Origin: Octopus sinensis
Lineage: Eukaryota
Reading direction: 5' to 3'
DNA length: 64,000 bases
NCBI RefSeq assembly: GCF_006345805.1
Contig: NC_043003.1
Coordinates: 94,488,001-94,552,000, forward strand
The translations under genes and the position numbers were made by a program. This document shows, piece after piece, positions 52,831 through 64,000 of the stretch. The notes under the pieces were generated by a model. The model ran no database searches. It was not told the DNA's origin and worked only from the letters and a program-made list of their open reading frames with translations. The stretch's first letter is position 1. Every line of letters begins with the position of its first letter.

Positions 52831-53559
52831 TCAGAAATAATTATTATGATTATTTCCTCTTCCTCATCATCATCATCAACCTTCTTTCTGATTCTTGCTT
52901 TTCAATTTTTTTTTTTATAAAAAAATATTTTTTAGCATTGAAATCAGTAACCTGTTTTAATAATTGGTTGTGTTAAACCAATTAATGCCAGAATTTTCAA
53001 TTTCTTTCAGATTAAAACAGTTGATAAATTCTCCTTTGTTACAATGGTTTTCAGAAATGTCAACAACCAGGCCTTTTTCTTGCGAATAATGCTAAAACTT
53101 GAGAGCAGGAGCCTGGGTGAGAGAGAAGTGGGTGCAGTTCCCTTCTCATTGTCATGGTTGTGGCTGCCATCATCATCACCCTTAATGTGAATGTCACTAT
53201 CTTTGTAATCATCATCATCATCATCATCACTGTCACCATTGTTACCTTCATCATTATCATCATCATCGCTATCACCATTATCATCCTTAGCTCACTACAA
53301 ATCAATGCAGGAAGTTCACAGACACCCACAACCAAAGCAAATACATCAAGAATGAAATACCTACTTGTTATGGCAGGAAACTCCAGCCCTCACAGACCCT
53401 TGCAACTCTGTGTACAATTACCTTCAACCCCCCCCCCAATATCCAGACATACACAACACAGCAGAACACTACAACAACAACAGCAACATCTTTAAAATGC
53501 TATCTCTCAAACTCAATTCATACAGATGTTAAAATAAAACATTTATACAAATCAAACCA

Positions 53560-54100
53560 AATTCAACGACTGGCCCCCATGCCAACCTTCCTTCAATGGA
53601 CACTAAACTCTGCTTGTGAAGACCTGTTGGGGCAAGTGAAATCAAAATTGAACCAAATTCAATGAGTGGCACCCGTGCCAGTGGAGTGCTAACAGCTCCT
53701 TCTGAGCGGGATCACTGCTAGAGCAGCTGTCTGGCTTCTGTGCCGGTGGCATGTAAAAAGCACCATTTGAGCGTGATCATTACCTGCATCACCTTACTAA
53801 CACTTGTGCCTGTGGCGCGTGAACAAAACATTTGAAGTCGTTGCCAGTGCCACTGTACTGACTCCTGTGCAGGTGGTACATAAAAAACACCCAGTAGCGT
53901 CTGACTGGCCCTTGCGTCGGCGGCACATAAAAGCACCCACTACACTCTCGGAGTGGTTGGCATTAGGAAGGGCATCCAGCTGTAGAAACTCTGCCAGACT
54001 AGATTGGAGCCTGGTGCAGCCATCTGGTTCACCAGTCCTCAGTCAAATCGTCCAAACCATGCTAGCATGGAAAATGGACGCTAAATGATGATGATGATGA
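53560..54100 (+). mobile_element. RTE-tailed non-autonomous element (family D)
   Basis: GTAAAAAGCACC repeats, GGAAGGGCATCCAGCTGTAGAAA, CATGCTAGCATGGAAA, (ATG)n tail shared with the RTE at 47049. Confidence 0.85.
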
Positions 54101-54329
54101 TACTTGGTATTAACTGCTGCCAATAAAGCTTAATTAACCTTAAGGATTATGCTAGATTGTGCTCAATGGTATTAAACACAAAAATGGGGAATAAGCTATT
54201 TCTGACCAGGATATTACAGGATATAACAACATATTATCCCAAATATAAAGTCAATATGGTATTCATAAAATGGAATTTGCATAAACTGAGATCTGTATAA
54301 TGATGACCTGTCAAGGATTCAAGAAAATC

Positions 54330-54870
54330 ACTTATTATCTTGAAAACTTCTTTCACTGTTTAGAAGAATCACAGAACTCAGAATTTCCTAGCAAAATTGC
54401 ATTATTTGTATTAATGGATTTCTCCAAGATATTTGGCATTATCAGCAGAAGAATCATGATAGATATCTTGTTGAATTATGATTTTCCAGAGGAGATTGTC
54501 AAAGCTATTACTATCACGTATGAAAACCCCTTACACTTTGTGGGGGTGGTTTGTACATATCTATGCATTGTGTATCGAGTGTGCTACCTGCAATAAACCA
54601 GTGTCTTGTCTAAAAAGAGATTCATTTCTTATATACTCCTTAGAGTCCGTTGGTCTTGTGGCACTTACACTTCTACCTCATTTCTATACACTGTGTCACT
54701 CACTTGACAAGTCTACCTTACCTACTTATAATTTTGCTGCCATTCTGGAATCTAAAGTAATACAGAAATAGACTGGACAATTGAGGAGAGAGTGAAACAG
54801 GCCAAGAAAACTGTTACACTGTTCTCAGTATTATATGTAGGAGTGTGAGGTATGGTCTTCAACTAGACAA
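54330..54870 (+). mobile_element. Decayed RTE-like LINE RT fragment
   Basis: FVLMDFSKIFGIISRRIMIDILLNYDFPEEIVKAITITYEN resembles FVDFSKAFD.ISR..M..IL..YG.PE.IV.AI..MY. Confidence 0.65.
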
Positions 54871-54884
54871 ACACATGGCATCTC

Positions 54885-55230
54885 TAGTCGAGCAACTCGA
54901 TCCCGGGACTTATTCTTTGTAAGCCCAGTACTTATTCTATTGGTCTCTTTTGCAGAACCGCTAAGTGACGGGGACATAAACACACCAGCATCGGTTGTCA
55001 AGCAATGCTAGGGGGACAAACAGACACACAAACATACACGCACACATATTTATATATATACATATATACGACGGGCTTCTTTCAGTTTCCGTCTACCAAA
55101 TCCACTCACAAGGCATTGGTCGGCCCAGGGCTATAGTAGAAGACACTTGCCCAAGGTGCCACGCAGTGGGACTGAACCTGGAACCTGTGGTTGGTAAACA
55201 AGCTACTTACCACACAGCCACTCCTGCGCC
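54885..55230 (-). mobile_element. SINE family B, young copy
   Basis: Near-consensus reverse complement. Confidence 0.9.
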
Positions 55231-55680
55231 TATGTGGATTTTTATAATAATAATTGAGAAAGATATTAATCCATCTTTGAATTACAAACATTTTAGAATC
55301 CAGTGCTTAGTCATGTTTTCCTTTCTGTTTTTGGCTCAGTATGGAAGATGAATCTGTGGGGCATTGCCTTCATAGCTCTCATCATCACCAACACAGCTGA
55401 GACTGATGTTGTTGAAGACTTTTTTGAATAGTTGCATGTTGGATGCAAAAAAAAAACCCCAAAACAGGAAGGTTATTCGAGTATTTCTGAAATGGAAAGT
55501 CTGCTAACTGTGGTTAGATAGAGATTGACATGTTATAGGTGATGAGAAGAGGATAGATTAGTGAGCCAAAGAATTTTATTGGAGATGGTGCAAGATCAGC
55601 TAGCTCTAAGGAGTAGATGACAAGTAAATACCATTTTGAATAGGAGACTATTCAAAGTAACTTTTTCAGCCACTATCAGG

Positions 55681-55910
55681 AAGCTATTTCTTTACTACCC
55701 ACAAGGGGCTAAACACAGAGAAGACAAACAAAGACAGACAAACAGATTAAGTCGCTTACATCGACCCCAGTGCGTAACTGGTACTTAATTTATCGACCCC
55801 GAAAGGATGAAAGGCAAAGTCGACCTCGGCGGAATTTGAACTCAGAACGTAAAGGCAGACGAAATACGGCTACGCATTTCGCCCGGCGTGCTAACGTTTC
55901 TGCCAGCTAG
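55681..55910 (-). mobile_element. SINE family A, young copy with CpGs largely intact
   Basis: Near-consensus reverse complement. Confidence 0.92.
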
Positions 55911-57617
55911 CTCACTTATCCATTGTACAGAGCTGTTTCTTATGACAATAGTGAGCTATAGCTGCACTGTCTGCTTAGAGCTAGAACTTGACTGCTGAGA
56001 GTTACATATTATGAACAGGGATTAAATATATCACTGGATATGATTTAAACTGCTGATCTCTCAATTACTTGTCTGATATTTTATTAATACAGACATCAGT
56101 TCATTGAATGGTAATGGCAACAACCTCTATTTTTACTATAATTGAGCAATCTTATGTCAATTAAACTGCTACTCTTGTTTCTGTTGTTGTCATTTATGTA
56201 TCTAATCTATCATTATTTTTTCTTTCTGAAGCATTGGTCAGCTTGGCTTTATAAAAATCTGACACAGAATTAGCCAATCAATAACCTAGGATAACCTCTC
56301 ATGTTCACTCACCCAGACTATACGATGTTAGCTATGTTTATTCAAACTGAACGCCATCATGTCCATCAATGTTCAAGCTGTGACCATATCCTTTTTATAA
56401 TGGTCCTGCTGTTTGAGGTTGGCGTTCATAAATTGCAATTTGTGTAGACTGATGATTTTAGTAATGTCCTGTCATAGATTCAAGAAAACCATTTACTGCT
56501 TTAAAAAGTTCTATGCAGGGATGGTTAGTAATAAAAATATAATTACTGGATTAATCCTTGTATGTACATGTGTATGTGTGTATGTATGTATGTATGTATG
56601 TATGTATGTATGTATGTATGTATGTATGTATGTATGTTTTGTTTTATGTATGTGTGTGTGTTCATTTGTTTTTTTTTGGTTGGTTTGTTTGCTTGTTAGT
56701 TTGCTTGTTTGTTTGTTTGTGCAGCACTTTTCTCTTTCATTACTGTTATTATTCTCCCATCTAACCAAAGTTTTGATTCTAAACTGAAACTTCATTTTTT
56801 TTTTTTTCATTTTTTTTAGGCATAAGGCCTGAAATTTTATGTGAGCAGATTTAGTTAAAAACATCAAACCCAGTGCTCAACTGGCATTTATTTCATGAAC
56901 CCCGAACAAATGAAAGACAACTGGAAGAAATGATGCTAAGCATTTTGTCCAGTATGTTAACAATTCTGCCTGCTTACTACATTCTAAACTGAAGCCATAT
57001 TGAAGTCCCATCAGTTATGTCACAAATGAATAATGGGAAAGAGCATAATATATTATATTCCCATAATGCATCTTTGTGTCAACTGTGGCTTTTTTATTCC
57101 CTTTTTTCCTAAATCAAAATGTTGCAGACATTGAAACACAAATCTGGGATGGCAAACATTCTTTTACCATAGCTCGAAAAGTAGAACTATAGAACATTCT
57201 GCTTCCATGACTGGAATAACTGAATATCCTACTCTGTTAAGAAATGTAGTAACATATCTATTTTTATTATTCTTATTTTCTTAATATTTTGCTTTCAGAA
57301 ATATTAAGATTTTCTAATCTAAAAATACTCAAATCTAGAGATTCATAGATCTAAAGGACTCTGATCAAGAGGTTGATAGACTTAGAGTTTTTACAAACCT
57401 TGATGTTCATAGATTTAAAGATTTAGAGTTTTACAAACATTGGTGTTCGTAGATTTAAAGATTAAGAGATCTAATGTATTGTAGTTTTAAAGTGGGTCAA
57501 AGAAATATCCAAATGTGTATAGTGTGTGAATAAATCAGAGGTTCATGACATAAATAGAAATCCTCACTGAATGTTGCTGATGTTCAATTTGTTGTGTCAA
57601 TATAAATGCATTCTTTT

Positions 57618-58372
57618 AAGGCAGCTAGCTGGCAGAATTGTTAACATGCTGGGCAGAATGCTTAGCAGCATTTCGTCTGTCTTTACATTCTGATTTCAAA
57701 TGTCTCTAATGTCAACTTTGCTTTTCATCCTCTCTGGATCGATAAAATAAGTACCAGTTGAACATTGAGGTTGATGTAATCAACTTACCAACTCCCCCAG
57801 AATTGCTGGCCTTGTGCTAAAATTTGAAACCAATATAAATGTATTCTTTACAACATCTGGTCTGACACTTCCCTGTTCTGAATTCTTGTTGTCAAATGGT
57901 TTATTTTCTTATTTACTATTCTGAGATTAGCAATAATGGTTTTAAGGAGTTTTGAGGAGAAAGGAAATGGTTAATATCAACACTTATGGTCTTGACTGCT
58001 ACTTTATTTTATCAATCCCAGAGAGCTGAAAGGTAAAGCTAACCTTAACTGGATTTGAACTCAGAGAGTAAAGAGCCAGAACAAATGCAGCAAAGATTTT
58101 TTCTGTTACTCTAACAATCCTGCCAGTTTGCCACCTTCCAAGATCAGTAATAAACCTTTCTACTATAGGAACAAGGCCAGCAAGTTAAGGGGAGGGGACT
58201 AGTTGATTACATTGACCCCAATGTTCAATTGGTATTTAATTTACTGACCCCAAAAGGATGAAAGGCAAAGTTAACCTCAGCAGAACTTGATCTCAGGGCA
58301 TAAAGATGAACAAAATGCTGCCAAGCATCTTGGCCAGTGTGCTAACAATTCTACCAGCTCAATGCTTTTTCA
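57618..58372. mobile_element. Three CpG-decayed family A-type SINEs (+ 57618-57835, - 57940-58140, - 58155-58372)
   Basis: Head, B box and body recognisable; most CpGs converted. Confidence 0.75.
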
Positions 58373-58539
58373 AGATCAGTTATAATAAAATTAAGTACCA
58401 GTTACCTAAAAGGACCCTTTGAATAAATTTCTATATTTTCAGCATCTTCTTCTGTGTAAAACTGCCATAGAACCTTCTCAAACTAAATACAAAATAATTC
58501 TTTTGGGAGACTGAATTTTCATATTACTATTTCGTCATT

Positions 58540-58710
58540 ATCATCATCATTTAGCATCCGCTTTCCATGCTAGCATGGGTTGGACGGTTCAACTGGGGTC
58601 TGGGAAGCCAGAAGGCTGCACCAGGCCCAGTCTGATCTGGCAATGTTTCTACGGCTGGATGCCCTTCCTAACGCCAACCACTCCATGAGTGTACCAACCA
58701 CTCCGTAAGT
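58540..58710 (-). mobile_element. Family D (RTE-tail) 3' fragment
   Basis: Reverse complement of the 63340-63595 tail. Confidence 0.85.
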
Positions 58711-60051
58711 GCATCAACCACTGGTTGTATTTATAAATCAACCAGTGTTGTATTTATAAATCTAAAAACAGTAATATATAAAGATTGAATTGAAAAACAC
58801 TTTGGGATAAAAAAAAGTCGAAGGCTGCCCAAGTGACTTTTCCATGCAAATGGGATTTTCAGTGCAATATTTTCAAACTATTCTTTATAGCTTTATATTT
58901 ACTTCAAGATCCAGTTTCAAAAAGGAATTATTTCGCATTCTCTTGAAAGTTCATAAATACTTATGACATCAACAAAATACAAAATACTTTTGAAAGTAGA
59001 TATCAGCAGATATCAATATGCTTCCTTTCATATACCACTATATACTCAATAAACAAAGAATAATTGGAATTATGGTCTTAGTTAAATGTTTGCAACACAG
59101 CATTCAGACTGGCAGTATGTCTAGTGATATAGAACCAAGTGTAATAGATGCCATTTTCTATAATGTATTGTTCTTATTTTTCACTCCATGTGAAAGGATT
59201 TTGCTTTTATTTTATGATTTATATTGCAGAACATCTCCATTAGAATATTAATTCAGAATATAATATTTCTTAATCTCATTCCATCAGATTTTTCAATACG
59301 ATATATTGCATCTTATTCACACAATATAGTTTTTGCTGTTGTTTAACTCCAGGACAACCCTGATGAAATAGACTGTGATCAAAGACAATCTGTCTATGAC
59401 TATCCATTCCATTTGGAGACATCTAGGATTACATTATCTAAAGTCTATCCTTTCCAATTTCTTTTTAAGATTGAGTGTAATTTGAGGATGTTTAACATGC
59501 TATTTCTAGCAAGTTGAGTGACAGGGTAAAAGCTTATTTATTGATTCATTACAGTATAGTTGTCTCTACATCTGAGCACCATAAGGGGAATGTAGTTTTT
59601 AAGCTCCTGCAGTGCTTAGTCTACATTAACAGTTTGATTCCTAGTCTATCCTTTCCAATTCACCTCTTATGTTAGCAAATTTAGAAACAGAATATACTAA
59701 CGCTTTTCTAATCCTTGTGACTATGTCTTAGGTATCATAGCTATTGCTACAGTTCCAGACGCTCACCTGTTTTCTAAAGGCTGTGCAAATCAGCACCTCT
59801 TCCTCTTATAGCTAAGGGAAGAGTTTGACTCAGTGCAGCAAGCTAATAAAAGTGTCATTACTTTTATAGCACTGCCATTATACTCCCTTGTAATACCTAC
59901 TTAGGTTGACAAGGCAATAGGAAAAAATATCTTAAAATTTCTTAAGGAAGGGCACATTACAACCTTCAGTGCCAGGAAAAAAAATTACCAAATATTGGCT
60001 GTTATTTAATGTATATCAGCTTCTCCATATCCGTAAATATTCTCCAGTGCA

Positions 60052-60370
60052 AGCATGTGGCTTACTGGTTAATGTATTCAGCTCATGATTGTAAGGTCGT
60101 GTGTTCAACTCCTGGTAGCATGTTGTGTCCTTGAGCAAGACATTTTATTTCACCTTGTTCCAGTTCACTCAGCTAGCAAAAATAAGTTGTACCTGTATTT
60201 CAAGAGGTCAGCCTTGTCACATTCTGTCATACTGAATCTCTTTCATAACTACATTAAGGGTACACATGCCTGTGGAATGCTCAGCCACTTGAACATTAAT
60301 TTTAGGAGCAGGCTGTTCCATTGATTGGATCAACTGGAATCTTTATCATCATAACTGACAGAATGCCAGT
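60052..60370 (+). mobile_element. Old tRNA/CORE-type SINE
   Basis: TGGCTTACTGGT, GTTCAACTCC, TTGTGTCCTTGAGCAAGACA boxes. Confidence 0.65.
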
Positions 60371-60679
60371 AAATATTCTCCAAAATCATGTGTAGTAGCA
60401 AGTTTATTTGCCTTGAAATATTACTTCATCCTTTTGCTACCATATTTCTATTGAAATACACTACTTTTATTTCAATTATTTTTTAACATAACAAAGAACT
60501 TAGTAAAATAACTCTATTGTTATTAAGCTAGTGTTTGAAACATAAATTGACATGAAATTTTGACAGACGTATTTAATTTAAATAATTTAAAAACAAGAGG
60601 TTTGTGTTATAGAACAAAGGACAATCTCAGGTAGTTTGGTATCAAAAAGGTTAACAAACTATATAAAGATGAAATGATA

Positions 60680-60717
<38 letters not shown>

Positions 60718-60730
60718 GTTATTATTGTTC

Positions 60731-60763
<33 letters not shown>

Positions 60764-61277
60764 TTTGTTTTGTATTCTAAACAATATTACATTGTACCGT
60801 ATTTTAGGATGATGCCATCACTGCAGGCATAAGACCACCCAGTACTAAAAACCTATATATCTTTGACATAGTATAAACAATGCAGTACACATCTACAACT
60901 ACGAATCTTTTTCATTCTGCGTAGTTAACATTTCTTTATGTTTCAATGTTTCCAATCCTTCTTTTTTTTTTTTTTATTTGCACTTCGATAGTTCAATATG
61001 ATTTTGGTATTTTAAATTGTCTTCTGACTCTATTTCCTCCTCTCTGTGTCTCCTCTCAACAATTTAATTTCCCAGTAATTATTTTTTTTTTAAAGTCTGC
61101 TACTTATTCTATCACTCTCTTTTACTGAACCAGCAAGTTAAGGGGGTGTAAACACACCTACACTGGTGGTCAAGCACAGACATAAAGACACACTTACACA
61201 CACACACGGATATCATCATCATCATCATCATCGTTTAACGTCCATGCTAGCATGGGTTGGACAGTATATATATATAG

Positions 61278-61512
61278 AAGGCGGTGAGCTGGCAGAAACG
61301 TTAGCACGCCGGGCGAAATGCGTAGCCGTATTTCGTCTGCCGTTACGTTCTGAGTTCAAATTCCGCCGAGGTCGACTTTGCCTTTCATCCTTTCGGGGTC
61401 GATAAATAAAGTACCAGTTACGCACTGGGGTCGATGTAATCGACTTAATACCTATGTCTGTCCTTGTTTGTCCCCTCTGTGTTTAGCCCCTTGTGGGTAG
61501 TAAAAAAAAAAA
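61278..61512 (+). mobile_element. SINE family A, young copy
   Basis: Consensus-like, A-rich end. Confidence 0.95.
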
Positions 61513-61536
61513 AATATATATATATATTAAACATGT

Positions 61537-61855
61537 GGAGGCGCATGTATATATATATATTAAACATGTGTTAGGGCAGCGGACTCGCGGTCGTAGGATT
61601 GCGGTTTCGATTCCCAGACCGGGCATTGTGAGTGTTTATTGAGCGAAAACACCTAAAAGCTCCACGACGCTCCGGCAGGGGGTGGTGATCCCTGCTGTAC
61701 TCTTTCACCACTCTTTCTCCCACTCTTTCTTCTGTTGGCCTGCTCGCTTAGCCAGCGGGGTGGCGTCATTCGAAGGCTAAAACAATGCGAACGCATTGTG
61801 ACCAGCGATGTGTAACTATATCTGATGGACTGGTCGGTCACGTGATCACATGTGA
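61537..61855 (+). mobile_element. SINE family C with rearranged 5' end
   Basis: GGAGGCGCA, then a copy of the upstream flank, then resumes at TTAGGGCAGCGG. Confidence 0.88.
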
Positions 61856-61902
61856 TATTAAACATATATGCATATATATATAATATAATATAATATAATA
61901 TA

Positions 61903-61945
<43 letters not shown>

Positions 61946-61989
61946 TATATACACATATATATACAAACGTGTGTGTGTGTTTGTGTGTG

Positions 61990-62157
61990 TGTTGATATGC
62001 ATATATGATGGGCTTCTTTCAGTTTCTGTCTACCGTATCCCCTCACAAGGCATTGGTCAGCCCAAGGTGATAGAAGACACTTGTCCAAGGTACCACTCAG
62101 TGGGACTGAACCATGTGCTTGGAAAGCAAGCTTCTTACCACACAGCCACACCAATGC
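61990..62157 (-). mobile_element. SINE family B, 5' half
   Basis: Reverse complement of head and CORE-like box. Confidence 0.8.
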
Positions 62158-62457
62158 CAAATGTCAAAATATTTACGAGTACCCTTTCTCCTTTCTCCTT
62201 TTCTGTTTCATTTTCTTCCTTCTTTTTTTTTGCAAATTTAACCCTTTATCATTCAGATTATTCTGTCACATGTAAGGCTTGTATATATTGTTTTGCATTA
62301 GTTATGCATTATCTCCTAGCTTTGAGATTTCATTGATGTGATTGTTTATTTTCAAAATGACATAGTAGGATTTTTAGAATGAGAAGCCAGAACTAGCCAA
62401 TTTGAATATGAAACTGGTAGAATATTTGGGTTTAATATGGCTATATTAAATGCTATG

Positions 62458-62692
62458 AAGGCGGCGAGCTGGCAGAACCGTTAGCACGCCAGGTGAAATG
62501 CGTAGCCGTATTTTGTCTACCGTTACGTTCCGAGTTCAAATTCCGCCGAGGTCGACTTTGCCTTTCATCCTTTACGGGCTCGATAAATTAAGTACCAGTT
62601 ACGCACTGGAGTCGTTATAATCGACTTAAATTCGTTTGTCTGTCCTTGTTTGTCCCCTCTATGTTTAGCCCCTTGTGGGTAGTAAAGAAACA
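62458..62692 (+). mobile_element. SINE family A, young copy
   Basis: Near consensus. Confidence 0.93.
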
Positions 62693-62899
62693 TATATTAA
62701 ATGCCAGAGGGTTAACTCTCTTGGGACACCCAGGCCAATTGATCAACTCAAGTGATATAAGATGAAAGGACTCTGGGGTTGATCCATGATAAAAAATACA
62801 TTGTAAATGGTTGGTTTTGCAGTGTAATAGCCAATCAGAGATCATCTTTCAGTTCATTTTTTTTTATTCTTTTGTGTTTTTTTTCACAGAAATATCTAT

Positions 62900-63104
62900 T
62901 CTTTTATTCTTTTGTTTCAGTCATTGGACTGCGGTCATGCTGCAGCACTACCTTTAGTCAAACAAATCGACCCTAGGACTTAATCTTTGTAAGCCTAGTA
63001 CTTATTCTATCAATCTCTTTTGCCGAACTGCTAAATTATAGTGACGTTAACACACCAACATTGGTTATCAAGTGGTGGTGGGGGACAAACACAGACACAC
63101 AAAC

Positions 63105-63136
<32 letters not shown>

Positions 63137-63290
63137 AACAGGCTTCTTTCAGTTTCAGTCTACCAAATCCACTCACAAGGCTTTGATCAGCCTGAGGCTA
63201 TAGTAGAAGACACCTGCCCAAGGTGCCATGCAGTGGGACTGAACCTGGAACCATTTGATTGGTTAACAAGCTATTTACCACACAGCCACT
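62900..63290 (-). mobile_element. SINE family B, CpG-decayed
   Basis: Both halves present. Confidence 0.85.
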
Positions 63291-63339
63291 TACCTGTATT
63301 GTGTTGTTTTAGGTTTTCTTATTGTGATATATGTATCGT

Positions 63340-63595
63340 ACCGGTTATAAACTTTATGGCATGTAAAAAGCACCATCCAACCATGGCCGTTTGCCAGCCC
63401 TGTCTGGCACGTAAAAAGCACCCCTACACTCACGGAGTGGTTGGCGTTAGGAAGGGCATCCAGCCATAGAAACATTGCCAGATCAGACTGGGCCTGGTGC
63501 AGCCTTCTGGCTTCCCAGACCCTAGTTGAACCGTCCAACCCATGCTAGCATGGAAAGCAGACGCTAAATGATGATGAGGATGATGATGATGATAT
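63340..63595 (+). mobile_element. Family D (RTE-tail) element
   Basis: GTAAAAAGCACC, GGAAGGGCATCCAGCC, (ATG)n tail. Confidence 0.88.
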
Positions 63596-64000
63596 ATATA
63601 TATAATTTTACATACAAAGTAGTTTTAGGCACTTTTTCTTTTGTTTTCTACATGCACCCATCAATTTCAAAACACAGAAAAGAATTTTGCTCTTTTTGGC
63701 TACACATACCAAAACACTGTGTACTTCAAAAGGGTTAAAGCTTGTGTGTTTGTGTAATTGTGCATGTGTATGTGTGTTTGTGTGTGAGCATGTATGTGTG
63801 TGCATGTGCAACAGAAGAAGTTTTATTTACAAACTCCCTTCTTTCTCCGCTATACGATTCATTCTCTGTGTCTCTGCCCTGAGTGCCATTGAAGATCACA
63901 TGTATATATATGTGTACGTGTATTTGTGTGTGTCTCTTTCTGTGTGAGTGTATGTATGAGTGTGTACATATGAGTGTATGTACGAGTATGTATATATGAA

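Noticed and set aside
59378-59425. CUGAUGA followed by a hairpin
   Set aside because: No GAAA after the hairpin; lies inside an old dispersed repeat.
59772-59816. Minus-strand 45 nt exon-like segment with CAG|GTGAGC donor
   Set aside because: Stop codons in all three frames; could only be non-coding and is unsupported.

Overview
Eukaryotic, AT-rich DNA saturated with microsatellites and short repeats. The tRNA-headed SINE families and repeat style point to an octopus (cephalopod) genome; that is inference from recall, not a database hit. No host protein-coding gene could be identified with confidence, and nearly all ORFs in the track are microsatellite or SINE artefacts. Supported content: dozens of SINE copies from at least four families; two mariner transposons (one full length, one 5'-deleted and carrying a nested MITE); a degraded Tc1/mariner-like fragment; CR1/L2-type and RTE-type LINE relics; a Gypsy LTR/PBS/gag relic; several MITEs (TA-TSD, hAT/Charlie-like, two GG...CC 8-9 bp TSD Merlin-like); and a 439 bp foldback. 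The most notable signal is a set of hammerhead-ribozyme (HHR) motifs in five unrelated sequence contexts. One is a near-complete type I HHR inside a terminally redundant 353-nt unit that looks like a retrozyme (24639-25057). Another is a three-copy ~190 bp family whose shared core is the non-canonical CUGUNGA. SINE copies also switch to strong CpG decay from about 45 kb onward, interrupted by a small CpG-retaining patch with a CTCF-like motif at 50.7 kb. All coordinates and folds were read by eye.
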